From assembly GCA_038331135.1 (NCBI GenBank), contig JBBQOS010000001.1, positions 9,140 to 73,139 of the forward strand: DNA of 64,000 nt, given 5' to 3'. The position numbers and the translations under genes are program-made. Source of the DNA: Candidatus Moraniibacteriota bacterium (GTDB taxonomy: Bacteria > Patescibacteriota > Minisyncoccia > Moranbacterales > UBA9337). Under the pieces are notes generated by a model that searched no databases, was not told where the DNA came from, and saw only the letters and a list, made by a program, of their open reading frames with translations. Shown in pieces: positions 10,462-20,642 of this stretch (position 1 is the stretch's first letter; each line of letters opens with the position of its first letter).

Positions 10462-11541
10462 ATGATAAACAAAATTGAAAGCATAAAAAAAGAATATTTA
10501 AATCTGCAAATTGAATTAAATTCTTCAGAAATTTCATCCAATCCATCCAAAATGGCTAAGTTGGGCAAGCGTCAATCTGAGTTGGAAAAAACGATAACTC
10601 TTATTAATCGTTTAGAATCTATAGAAAAAGAACTCAAAGAAAACGGAGAAATAATCAACTCTCACGAAGATGAAGAAATGACCGTTATGGCTATCGAGGC
10701 TAATTCAATTTTGCACAAAGAAAAAGAAGATTTAGAAAAAAAATTAGAATACCATCTTTTACCCAAAGATCCTAACGACTTCAAAGATGTTATTATCGAA
10801 ATTCGAGGCGGTGCGGGCGGTGATGAAGCCAGTCTTTTTGCAGCTACTCTTTTTAAGATGTACTCCCGTTACGCCGAAAATAATCATTGGAAAATATCAA
10901 TCATAAGTTCAAATACTACTGAAATGGGAGGCTACAAAGAAATTATTTTTACTCTTTCATCTTCAGATAATGAAAATCCTGTTTTTAGAAAAATGAAATA
11001 TGAATCGGGTGTGCATCGCGTGCAAAGAATTCCTGAAACTGAAAAATCCGGACGAATCCATACCTCTACGATAACTGTAGCAGTTTTACCCGAAGCTGAA
11101 GAAGTTGATATTAAAATTGATGCCAAGGATTTACGTATCGATACTTTTGCCTCATCGGGTCCTGGCGGTCAAAGTGTTAATACCACTATGAGCGCGGTTC
11201 GAATCACCCATATTCCAACTGGCATCGTAGCCTCTTGCCAGGATGCCAAATCTCAGCACAAAAATAAAGATCAGGCTATGAAAGTTTTGCGTTCTAGAGT
11301 AGTCCAAGTCCAATTGGATGAAGAATCTAAAAAATTAGGCGATGCGCGACTGAGCCAAATCGGAACTGGCGACCGCAGTGAAAAAATCAGAACCTACAAT
11401 TTTCCTCAAGATAGAATTACTGATCACCGCATCAAAGTTTCGTGGAGTAATATGGAAAATATTTTAGACGGAAACATCGATGAAATTATAAAAACTCTTC
11501 AGGAAGAAGATATCAAAAAGAAATTAGATAAGCAGTCATGA
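10462..11541 (+). CDS. prfA: peptide chain release factor 1
   Basis: GGQ motif (SGPGGQSVNTT). RF1-type anticodon tripeptide region RVQRIPETEKSGRIHTS (PET at 11032-11040 in place of PAT/PVT). Confidence 0.9.
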   Translation: MINKIESIKKEYLNLQIELNSSEISSNPSKMAKLGKRQSELEKTITLINRLESIEKELKENGEIINSHEDEEMTVMAIEANSILHKEKEDLEKKLEYHLLPKDPNDFKDVIIEIRGGAGGDEASLFAATLFKMYSRYAENNHWKISIISSNTTEMGGYKEIIFTLSSSDNENPVFRKMKYESGVHRVQRIPETEKSGRIHTSTITVAVLPEAEEVDIKIDAKDLRIDTFASSGPGGQSVNTTMSAVRITHIPTGIVASCQDAKSQHKNKDQAMKVLRSRVVQVQLDEESKKLGDARLSQIGTGDRSEKIRTYNFPQDRITDHRIKVSWSNMENILDGNIDEIIKTLQEEDIKKKLDKQS

Positions 11542-11687
11542 AAATAAATAAGTATTGATGGAATGAATTATGTATTATGCTGAATATTTAAGCACTTTCA
11601 TTTAAAAATGGCTCAGTCTCTTTTACTTTTTAGATTGCGCCTCTAGATGAACAACCTGGTCAATTTTAAAAACCCCAAGCATATTTT

Positions 11688-12752
11688 ATGCCATTTGTCA
11701 AGAGTACCATTATAACAATTAAATCTTTTTATAAAAATAAAATAGATTCTTTTGATCTAGATCTTTTAATTGCACACGTGCTAAAAAAAGAAAGGGAGTT
11801 TATTTTAATTCATCCGGAACATATACTAACCAGCAATCAGCAATCAATAATCGGTGCAATGATTGATAGACGCCTTAAAAACGAGCCTCTGGCTTATATT
11901 TTGGGAGAAAAAGAGTTTTATAGCTTAAACTTCAAAATCAACCGCCACACCCTCATTCCACGCCCCGAGACGGAGCTGATGGTGGAGATGGCACTCGAAA
12001 ACATTAAGGCACACAAGCATGAGCCCATTAAAACATTGAAACATAACAAAATAAAAACAACTTCCACCAATAATAATACTACCATTCATCAGTCATCAGT
12101 CATTGATGTTATAGATATTGGCACGGGTAGTGGAAATATTGTTATTTCGCTTGCACATAACATAAATTATGGAGCATATGCCATAGAACATGGGACATGG
12201 GACATGAAACAAAAAGAAATAAAAAAATACAAACTAAAAAACACAGATTGCAAAAATATAACATCTGTGAACTGTGCACCAAAAACTGTAAACTATTTTG
12301 CTACAGATATTTCTCTTGACGCTTTAAAAATTGCTAAACAAAATGCTAAACTCCACAACGTAAACAAAAAAATAAAATTCCTCCATGGAAATCTCCTGAG
12401 TCCGTTTCTTAAATCTAAAATTATAAATCATAAATCTTCCCTATTAATTTTGGCCAATCTTCCCTACCTCTCCAAGGATATCTATGATTCCTGTGCCGAC
12501 AATGTAAGAAAATACGAACCCAAATCCGCCCTTTACTCAGCTAATTGTGGTCTCGCCCACTACATTACTTTACTTCCTCAAATAAAATTGCTAGCTACGA
12601 GCTACAAACTACAAGCTACAATCTTAATGGAAATAAGTCCCGAACAAAAAAAGATTCTCCCACCTATAACAAAAAAAATTTTTCCTCAAGCCAAAATAGA
12701 ATTCAAAAAGGATCTAGCACAGAAATGGAGAGTTTGTAAGATTACAATTTAG
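11688..12752 (+). CDS. prmC: release factor glutamine N5-methyltransferase PrmC/HemK, with insertions
   Basis: Immediately downstream of prfA. SAM motif IDIGTGSGNI. Catalytic motif present as NLPY (canonical NPPY). Low-complexity N/T-rich insertions make it 354 aa. Confidence 0.75.
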   Translation: MPFVKSTIITIKSFYKNKIDSFDLDLLIAHVLKKEREFILIHPEHILTSNQQSIIGAMIDRRLKNEPLAYILGEKEFYSLNFKINRHTLIPRPETELMVEMALENIKAHKHEPIKTLKHNKIKTTSTNNNTTIHQSSVIDVIDIGTGSGNIVISLAHNINYGAYAIEHGTWDMKQKEIKKYKLKNTDCKNITSVNCAPKTVNYFATDISLDALKIAKQNAKLHNVNKKIKFLHGNLLSPFLKSKIINHKSSLLILANLPYLSKDIYDSCADNVRKYEPKSALYSANCGLAHYITLLPQIKLLATSYKLQATILMEISPEQKKILPPITKKIFPQAKIEFKKDLAQKWRVCKITI

Positions 12753-12989
12753 GTCATCATTCAAAATTCATCAGTCTATCAGTGATAATTTTGAATCATC
12801 AAATAGTTAGTTGTTCCATAAAACTTGTATTTATCCCTCTCCCGTCTAAAATACCAGACATCCTCTCCCAAGTACGGGCGAAGAGGCTATTTATTATTTA
12901 TATTTTCCCTAATTGCTTAAACAAAAAACACCCCAAATCATCGGGATGTTTTTGTATCTTTAAAACCTAAAGGCTTCTAGTTAACGGGC

Positions 12990-14126
12990 CTATTTACTTT
13001 CTTTTACGGTTTCTACACTCTCAACTGATTTAGTAGGTTGTGTAACCTCTCCTCCATTTAATTCTGCATCAATTATAGCCTTTAGCTCTGTTACGCTTAC
13101 TGCTCCATTTTTAAATTTATCATTGATAAATAATGCTGGTGTTCCAGAAATACCAAAATCATTGGCTTCCTTTAAATCAGCCTCTATTTTACTTGCATAT
13201 TTTCCATCATTTAAACATTGAGTAAATTGAGCAGTGTTTATTTTTAATTGTGTAGCGTAACTTATAAACATTTTGTTATCTTTTGATTCTCCCCAAACCT
13301 TTTGGTTAGCAAAAAGTTTATCACCATATTCGATGAATTTTCCTTGCTCATTAGCGCATTCAGCTGCCATAGCGGCTGATTTGGCTTTTGGATGGATAGA
13401 TTCTAGGGGAAGATTCTTAAATACAAACTGAACTCTGTCTCCATATTCCTTAATTATCTCGTTCATAGTCTTTTGAAAAACTTGGCAATATGGACATTGA
13501 AAATCTGAAAATTCTACCAATTTAACTTTAGCATCATCTGGTCCAAACTTTATTACATTTTCTCCAATAGTTGGAGTTTGTAAATATTTACCTACAGGTA
13601 AGCCCGCCTTGGCTGAATCCATAAAATACTTGCCATTTTTTTCGATAAAAATAGTTTTGGCTTGCTCAAAAAGCTCAGTATCTTCTATTTCCTTACCAAA
13701 AACAAACGCTGGCAAAGATTTAATTCCAAATTCTTCAATCATTTTCTTTCCTTCCGCTGAAGAATAATCAATCTTATTGGAAAGCATAGTTGGCATAACC
13801 TTTCTCAAAGAAAGCATAACTTCATCTACGCTACAATTTTCACAGCTATCATCGTTAATAACCGCCACATCAATCATCGGCTCAGGATAAGCCACCCAAG
13901 TTTTTCCATCTAATTGAAAAACATCTTTATTGTTAAGAATTTTTTGAGATATTCCTCCACCTTTAATCAGTTGAGAAAAATCAACAAACAGACTTCCGAC
14001 AAAAAGACCAGCAATCAATATAACTAAAGAAGTTAGGTTTTTAATTTTTTTATTCTCATTATCTTTTTTATCTAAATTATTCATATTATTTTCATCCATT
14101 ATCTCGGTTTTGTTTTCTTCGCTCAT
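12990..14126 (-). CDS. DsbA-family thiol:disulfide oxidoreductase, membrane-anchored, tandem thioredoxin-like domains
   Basis: N-terminal TM. CxxC motifs CENC and CPYC (FSDFQCPYCQVF). Confidence 0.7.
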   Translation of the reverse strand: MSEENKTEIMDENNMNNLDKKDNENKKIKNLTSLVILIAGLFVGSLFVDFSQLIKGGGISQKILNNKDVFQLDGKTWVAYPEPMIDVAVINDDSCENCSVDEVMLSLRKVMPTMLSNKIDYSSAEGKKMIEEFGIKSLPAFVFGKEIEDTELFEQAKTIFIEKNGKYFMDSAKAGLPVGKYLQTPTIGENVIKFGPDDAKVKLVEFSDFQCPYCQVFQKTMNEIIKEYGDRVQFVFKNLPLESIHPKAKSAAMAAECANEQGKFIEYGDKLFANQKVWGESKDNKMFISYATQLKINTAQFTQCLNDGKYASKIEADLKEANDFGISGTPALFINDKFKNGAVSVTELKAIIDAELNGGEVTQPTKSVESVETVKESK

Positions 14127-14208
14127 AAAAATTTTACTACTGCTTAAGCGCCTCTAGGCACATGAGAATAGCCACCTTATTTAATTAAAATATTTTTAAA
14201 TTAATTTA

Positions 14209-14529
14209 TTACTCTCCTGCTTGAGGAGCGACCTCTTGATTCACTTGGGGCTGAGGTGCTTCTGATTGCTCTTTTTTCATTTTTTCCGTTACCTGTTTTT
14301 CTATTTCATCCAAGTCATATCCTTGAGTACCACCGCTCACCTTATAATCGCTAAAACCCATGCTAACCTTTTTTAATGCTTCCGCTTTTACCATTACTCC
14401 CAAAAGTAAGCCGATAATAAAAATTAAAATAATTTCTGTATGATAATTTTTATTTTTTATTTTCTTATCAGTAGTGCCAACCTCACTAATCTGAGCATCT
14501 TGAATATCATTTTTTTCTTGATCTTCCAT
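14209..14529 (-). CDS. small membrane protein, hypothetical
   Basis: ORF with a single TM helix and a polar C-terminal tail. Confidence 0.4.
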   Translation of the reverse strand: MEDQEKNDIQDAQISEVGTTDKKIKNKNYHTEIILIFIIGLLLGVMVKAEALKKVSMGFSDYKVSGGTQGYDLDEIEKQVTEKMKKEQSEAPQPQVNQEVAPQAGE

Positions 14530-14873
14530 ATTTTTTTTATATTAAGATATTATTCTCCTCAATATTTATTAAAGCCCATTAAGTATAGCAACTACATTAA
14601 ATACCGCAATATTGACAAGGCTTTTATTTTATTGCATTGAAAAATATACTACTTCAAGCTCTAGCCAACGCCAAATTATGCCCATAATTAGCCAGTTTGA
14701 CACGTTTTTTTTCAAAATTATTATAATTTATTTTTAAAACTGTTGACAAAAAGCTTTAAATATGCAACTATTAATATAATCAGATCGGAACTGTAAGAAA
14801 AGCAAAGTCGAGTTTTATCAAACAGTCCATTAGATTTGAAAATTAATCAACAAGCTTTATCTTACAAAAAACG

Positions 14874-15074
14874 ATGAACAAAGGAAAAATTGCTCGTCTT
14901 ACTGATAAGGGATTTGGTTTTATATCACAAGATGGAGAAGAGAAAGATTTATTCTTTCATGCTTCTGAATTGCAAGGTGTAGAATTCAATGAACTTAAAG
15001 AAGGAGACGCAGTTACATTTGAAGTGAAAGAAGGTCCTAAGGGTCTTAACGCTACAAATGTTTCTCTAGCGTAA
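14874..15074 (+). CDS. csp: cold-shock protein (CspA family)
   Basis: RNP motifs KGFGFI and FFHAS. 66 aa. Long (~340 nt) 5' untranslated spacer upstream. Confidence 0.85.
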   Translation: MNKGKIARLTDKGFGFISQDGEEKDLFFHASELQGVEFNELKEGDAVTFEVKEGPKGLNATNVSLA

Positions 15075-15180
15075 TACAAACAAACTTAAAAACATCTCAA
15101 TTTATTGAGATGTTTTTTTGTTTTAACAACCTTACTCTTTCTTTATTAAATTGCTAAAATACTATTGTGTTAATGAGGAA

Positions 15181-16335
15181 TTATTTCATTCCATCAATAA
15201 CACTTAAAAACTTTTTGGCTGATTTTGTCCAAGAAAATTTTTGAAGTTGCTTGAGTCTGCTAATTGAAAAACTTTCCGCAAAGTCTTTATCTAACAAAAA
15301 TTCTCTCGAGGCCAAGGCAATTTCATCGGGGCGATTAGCATCTACTAGCACCCCACCAGTGCCCACGGTCTCAACTAAAGAAGAATTATTAGCCGCCACT
15401 ACTGGCACCCCGCATTTCATTGCTTCCAATGGTGGTATTCCAAATCCCTCAAAAAAAGAAGGGTACACAAACAGCGAGGCTAGATTATAAACATAGAGTT
15501 TATCTTCGTTTTCTATAAATTTTATCCATCGAATGTCTTTGCTATATTTAGAATTTTTTATACTTTTTTTAATTTTATCAGATTTCCAACCTGCCGAACC
15601 AGCAATAACCAGCTTATATTTATCCAAATATTTATTTTCCTCGCTTCTTAAGATTTCATAAGCCTTAATGAGTCCTATAATATTTTTTCTGGGCTCAAAT
15701 GTTCCTAAAAAAAGGATAAACTTAAAGGGAAGCTTATATTTCTCTTTCACTTCTAATAATTTTGGATCATTTCTATTCAGTCTTTCGAGATTATCCGAAA
15801 CACCATTGTAAATAACTTCTATTTTATCGGGCCTAACTTTATAGTAATGTAACAAATCATCCCTAGTTGATTTAGAAACAGCCAAAATCTTATCCGCCCG
15901 ATTGATTAATCTCTTTGGATTAATAAAAACATGCCACATACGGCGCTTGAGTGAAAAAGACTCTGGAAAATATTCAAAAGAAAGATCATGTATTGTTAAA
16001 ATTAACTTACTTTTTCGAGAAAGAGCCACAAAATTCAAGTTAGGCATAAAAAAGACATCCACACCTCCCAAAAGTTTGTCTATTTTAGGCCAATTCAAAT
16101 ACCACAACAACAAGTTTAATATCTTGTTGGGAAAATTAAAAGTTTTTATAGTTACATTTTTATATTTTCTAGCCCAATTTAGATCTGGGTTAGCAGTTTT
16201 CCAAGAATTCAAAAAAAGGACATAACTATTTGCTTTGTCTTCCTTGAAAATTTTATCCAAAAGATTAATACTATATTCCTCTACCCCGGTTCTCCTACCT
16301 CCAGATAGACATCGGATGTCTATACCTATTTTCAT
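15181..16335 (-). CDS. glycosyltransferase family 1 (GT4 clan, GT-B)
   Basis: EGFGIPPLEAMKCGVPVVA EX7E-type motif. Confidence 0.8.
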   Translation of the reverse strand: MKIGIDIRCLSGGRRTGVEEYSINLLDKIFKEDKANSYVLFLNSWKTANPDLNWARKYKNVTIKTFNFPNKILNLLLWYLNWPKIDKLLGGVDVFFMPNLNFVALSRKSKLILTIHDLSFEYFPESFSLKRRMWHVFINPKRLINRADKILAVSKSTRDDLLHYYKVRPDKIEVIYNGVSDNLERLNRNDPKLLEVKEKYKLPFKFILFLGTFEPRKNIIGLIKAYEILRSEENKYLDKYKLVIAGSAGWKSDKIKKSIKNSKYSKDIRWIKFIENEDKLYVYNLASLFVYPSFFEGFGIPPLEAMKCGVPVVAANNSSLVETVGTGGVLVDANRPDEIALASREFLLDKDFAESFSISRLKQLQKFSWTKSAKKFLSVIDGMK

Positions 16336-16382
16336 ATATGATAATAATTATTTTTATAGCTATAAATTATATCACATTGTTC

Positions 16383-16967
16383 TTATTTTAGGTAGTGTCT
16401 TATCAGAACTGTCCAAAATCCTAAGAAAAACCCGATTACTAAGAGTATTCCTATTAACTTTATCCAAGACGGCTCATAATTATTTACGACTGGATAACTA
16501 ACTAATACTTTGAACCATTGGGGATTTTTTTGCTCTAAATTTAATTCAGCTATGTTTTTATTTAAAACTTCATTAATTGCTTGAGTTACTTGCTTGGCAT
16601 CTTCTTGATTGTAAATTAAAAATGAAACTTTAATCATTTGCGATGACAACCTCTCCGCTTTCAGTTTTTCAAATAAAATTCCGCTTACTTCTTTTGAAAT
16701 ATCATTTTTAATAACCACTGAGCCCAGCCAGCGTACCAAAGTATCAGCAAATCGCTCATCCGCCTGCAATCTATAGAACTCATCATATCGATAATCCGAA
16801 GTATCTTTTTGGTAACCCGTTCTAGTTACATTTAAATCTACTTCTGCTTTATATTTATTTTTAATTACCAACTGAAAAGATAATCCCACTACCAAAACAA
16901 CTCCCAAGGTAATAAAAAAAACTTGATAGTTGTCTTTAAACATTTTAAGATATTCTTTTAATTCCAT
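16383..16967 (-). CDS. Wzz/chain-length-determinant-like membrane protein (short)
   Basis: N- and C-terminal TM helices with a Wzz-like N-terminal region. Sits between two glycosyltransferases. Confidence 0.4.
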   Translation of the reverse strand: MELKEYLKMFKDNYQVFFITLGVVLVVGLSFQLVIKNKYKAEVDLNVTRTGYQKDTSDYRYDEFYRLQADERFADTLVRWLGSVVIKNDISKEVSGILFEKLKAERLSSQMIKVSFLIYNQEDAKQVTQAINEVLNKNIAELNLEQKNPQWFKVLVSYPVVNNYEPSWIKLIGILLVIGFFLGFWTVLIRHYLK

Positions 16968-17196
16968 AATGGTGCCATTTTAGATTGATAATTATTATAA
17001 TTTATCATTCTTTAATTAGGAAATTAGATTAACCCACCTTAAAAATCACAAGCTCCAAGAAACAATTTCCAAACAATAACCAATAGCTAAGGCTAGAATA
17101 ACCAAACCATCTTCAGCTTATTTTTTAATTTGTCTGCATCTTTTTTTTAGAATTTGGAAATTTATTTCACGCGCAATGTATTATATTAAACACCGC

Positions 17197-18876
17197 TCAT
17201 TTATCCTTGGGTGTTACCCAAAATTCAGTAAAATATTTTTTAATCAAAATTCTGGTTTGAGAATCTATGGCCGGCATCGCCCCCAAAGTAGGCGCAATTA
17301 TTGGAATCAATAGCCACTGAAAAAACATATTCAAATACTTCCAGCGAGAATATTTAGCTGGTCGCTCTGGCATCAAAATAAAACTCAATGACATTGATAT
17401 AACCAATCCAAACATTGCCAAACTCATCAGTCCTCTAGTTATAAAGGGTAAATTATGTGCCAAGACGCTTTCATTAAATTCACTTCCGCCAAAAATAAGC
17501 GGCATCCAACCTAAGAAAGCAAGGATAAAAGGCGCAGTCGCCCAGGAATGATGACCCTCAAGCATCTCAAAAGCAATGCGAAATTTTTTAGATAGTTTAA
17601 TTTTTTTATTTTTCCAGATAGAGCGCATTATAATCGGAAAATTCTCAATTCCATAAGCCCAACGTCTTTTTTGAAAATATTGATTTTTAATTGTTTGCCA
17701 ATAAGTTTTAGCCAAAACTGCATCTAGAGAGATGGGTAAATAAATTGGAGTTACTCGATAATCTCCATTGTAAAAAGAAAAACATTTCCAATAAATTATT
17801 GAGTCTTCGCTGATCATATTAACAGGCCAAAAATCAACATTAACCAAAGTGGCAAAAGGCTCACTATGCGATGAAAATGTAACCATTTCTTTTCGCGTAC
17901 TTTGAAACATATGCCAAAAAGATGAGCTCGTCACAATCACTCTCACAAAGGCATTGGTATCCCATAAATTATTGTGATACATTGGAATCGGCTGGTAGGA
18001 TCTCTGTAATCGTTTGGGGTCAATTATATAGTTATAAGTAAGGGCGGCAAAATATTCACTATGACAGACACTATCGCAATCAAAATTAGAAAAAATCACT
18101 TTTTCCAGGTCAATTTCTCGTTCGTCCAGATACTTCTTAAGCTCTCTGGCGGCAAATGTAGCATTGGAAGCCTTGCACTTCATCTCACCATCAGCCACAA
18201 TATGAGTAGTCACAAGAAAATCACGGAAAACACCGTCAAATTTATTTCTTAAATAGTTCACTTTTTCCAATCTGGTTTCTTTGTTTTCCCGCTCCTCGGT
18301 AGCTAATAATAATATTATTTGTTTATTGGGAAAATTACTGTTTGCGATAGCCTTGATGGTAGGCTCTATGACACTAGCGGGCTCACCAGCCGTTGGAAGC
18401 ATTACGACGTGGATAATTTTTCTCCAATCAAGTATCTCGGAATCTCTTCCTTTTAATTTTGAAACCTCCGCACATTCCAGTTTTAATAATTTTATTTCTT
18501 TCCTTATTTTTCCTTTTTCAGAAAAAGGCATTTTTTCTGATAAAACTTTTTTCAGGTCGCCTATTTTTTCCGTTAGAATTTTTAAATAATTTTCTGGATC
18601 ACTAATGTTTTGACACCTTCTCCACCAGTCAGTATGCTTTCCTCTTACCAACTTTCGGTAAGCCGAGACTGAATAAGTGGATATAAAAATTGTTCTATGA
18701 ATCCAATAGATATCAAACATTATGACAAAAACCGCCACCCACACGGGCAGAAAAAAAGAAAAAATTGGCATTCCAATCAAAGTGGTCCAAGTTAAAATAC
18801 CTGGTATCACTTCAAGCGCTCTTTGTATCTTTTTATCTTTTTCTTCTTTGGGATATGGACTGGGAAAATAAAACAT
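17197..18876 (-). CDS. processive family-2 glycosyltransferase (cellulose/chitin/hyaluronan synthase-like) with TM domains
   Basis: QxxRW motif (QKRRW). DCD and ED motifs. N- and C-terminal TM bundles. Confidence 0.7.
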   Translation of the reverse strand: MFYFPSPYPKEEKDKKIQRALEVIPGILTWTTLIGMPIFSFFLPVWVAVFVIMFDIYWIHRTIFISTYSVSAYRKLVRGKHTDWWRRCQNISDPENYLKILTEKIGDLKKVLSEKMPFSEKGKIRKEIKLLKLECAEVSKLKGRDSEILDWRKIIHVVMLPTAGEPASVIEPTIKAIANSNFPNKQIILLLATEERENKETRLEKVNYLRNKFDGVFRDFLVTTHIVADGEMKCKASNATFAARELKKYLDEREIDLEKVIFSNFDCDSVCHSEYFAALTYNYIIDPKRLQRSYQPIPMYHNNLWDTNAFVRVIVTSSSFWHMFQSTRKEMVTFSSHSEPFATLVNVDFWPVNMISEDSIIYWKCFSFYNGDYRVTPIYLPISLDAVLAKTYWQTIKNQYFQKRRWAYGIENFPIIMRSIWKNKKIKLSKKFRIAFEMLEGHHSWATAPFILAFLGWMPLIFGGSEFNESVLAHNLPFITRGLMSLAMFGLVISMSLSFILMPERPAKYSRWKYLNMFFQWLLIPIIAPTLGAMPAIDSQTRILIKKYFTEFWVTPKDK

Positions 18877-18925
18877 ATTTTAAAATCTATTTAAAATTTA
18901 AACACAGCTTAAATGCAAATTTTTA

Positions 18926-19282
18926 TTAAAAGTAATTTACTAGAATTAGTGATCCGCTAGCCACGCTTATTCCCAGCTGAATTATAAAGGTAGTCAGGGA
19001 TAAAATATGAGACAACATCCTTTCTTTTTTGGAAAAAAAATAAATTGCCAACACTAAATTAGTTAAGGCAAAAAATAACCCCACTGCAGGAATAAGAAAA
19101 ACTTGAGTACCTTCACCCATTAAATCCACCCCTAAATAAACATTATAGTGCAATATTATTAAATTATTTAATTTCTTTATAAAGTAAAAAAGAAATAAAA
19201 AATTTAAAATATTTATCAAAATAGAAGAGATAAACAAAATTAATAGTAGTTTATTTTTAAAAAATTCTTTTATATTATCCAT
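18926..19282 (-). CDS. small polytopic membrane protein, hypothetical
   Basis: Hydrophobic 118-aa ORF. Confidence 0.4.
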   Translation of the reverse strand: MDNIKEFFKNKLLLILFISSILINILNFLFLFYFIKKLNNLIILHYNVYLGVDLMGEGTQVFLIPAVGLFFALTNLVLAIYFFSKKERMLSHILSLTTFIIQLGISVASGSLILVNYF

Positions 19283-19292
19283 CTTATTTAGA

Positions 19293-19901
19293 TTATTTTT
19301 TTAAAACAGAAACTGCCTGTTTTATTTTAGGCATTTTACTGAAAAAAATTTCATGTGGTTCTTTAAATATATTAATCAAGAACCTATCCAACATATTTAA
19401 CCGATAAGTCAATTCTTCTCCGGTTAAAAGCATATAGCGTATCTCTTTGCCGACTTCTGCTTCCAAATGATTGATGAGAGTTTTTAGTTTAGCTCTACTC
19501 GCATTATCCACCACCAACAAAAGATCCAGCTTTCCTTTGGCATAATTCATAAAAACACCTGTTGTTAAAACTAGCTTCACATCTCCAATTTTTTTAACAT
19601 TATTCAAACTACTGCATTGCGGAAAAATATCAGATTTTATAACTAACCTTTCAAGCTCTTGATAAAAAGGAAAAGTAATGTTGGTGTGGTAATATTTTTT
19701 TCCTTTCTTGCTTTTCTCTTTTACGAACCCAGCTCGCTTAAAAGCATTTAGTTCTTTTCGAGTTTCTGCTGAATTAAGAATATTTCTACTGACAATATCA
19801 GAGAAAGAATAATCTTGATTATTGTTCAAAATAAAAAAACGCATCATCCTTGCTCTTGATTTAGAGCCAAATAGTATTTCTAAAACTTGCACTGAAGACA
19901 T
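19293..19901 (-). CDS. hypothetical protein, possible winged-helix N-terminus
   Basis: ORF only. Weak wHTH-like N-terminal pattern. Confidence 0.35.
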   Translation of the reverse strand: MSSVQVLEILFGSKSRARMMRFFILNNNQDYSFSDIVSRNILNSAETRKELNAFKRAGFVKEKSKKGKKYYHTNITFPFYQELERLVIKSDIFPQCSSLNNVKKIGDVKLVLTTGVFMNYAKGKLDLLLVVDNASRAKLKTLINHLEAEVGKEIRYMLLTGEELTYRLNMLDRFLINIFKEPHEIFFSKMPKIKQAVSVLKK

Positions 19902-20115
19902 ATTTTATAAAATTAGTTAATTAAAATTTAAAAACTTACTCCAAGCTATAGTTTAATCCCAAAAAGCTAAAAAGTAAATATTTGGTAAAAAATGCCTAAA
20001 TCGAAAAAGCTCTCTAATTGAATTAAGTGAAATTATCATCCACCTTGAGATTTAGGCTCAAATTTAGGCCCCAGGGGCCATCTCAGACCCTTGGAGCATA
20101 AATTTCAGGAAACCT

Positions 20116-20613
20116 CTAAGTAGATTTATTCAAATCTTTGACCTGATAAAAATTCAAAAAATCATTAAGGGCTTCTTTTTGCTCCGATATCAAATTAAGC
20201 TTATCTATTTCATCCTTATTCAAATCCATCCATTGAAATAAAACTAAATTTTCTTTAGTTTTTATTTTACCACTTATGGTTCCGTAAAAATAAGACGCTT
20301 TTTTTATAAAATTATCCGAAATATTATAGAAATAAAGATTAAAATAAATGCACTCCCCCAATTCGCAATCCAAACAATCTTTTACTTTTTTCTTTATTAT
20401 ATCCCTTAAGTCATCATCTTCTTCTAGATTTCCAAAGGGGATTGTCCATTCTTCTTCTGCCTCATTTTCTTTCTCCTCTTTAATTTTTAGCACTGCTATC
20501 TTTCCATTATTTTCAACCTCCTCTGCTTTTTTCTCTTTGCACTGCTTAATAAGAAGAATTTTATTCTCCTCATTTAAAATAATAAAACCCACCGTACTAA
20601 TTAATTTAATCAT
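20116..20613 (-). CDS. hypothetical protein (degenerate NUDIX-like pattern)
   Basis: GFIIL...WTIPFG...E-rich segment loosely resembling a Nudix box. Confidence 0.3.
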   Translation of the reverse strand: MIKLISTVGFIILNEENKILLIKQCKEKKAEEVENNGKIAVLKIKEEKENEAEEEWTIPFGNLEEDDDLRDIIKKKVKDCLDCELGECIYFNLYFYNISDNFIKKASYFYGTISGKIKTKENLVLFQWMDLNKDEIDKLNLISEQKEALNDFLNFYQVKDLNKST

Positions 20614-20642
20614 TTTAATAGAAATTATTTCTTAAAATTTAT

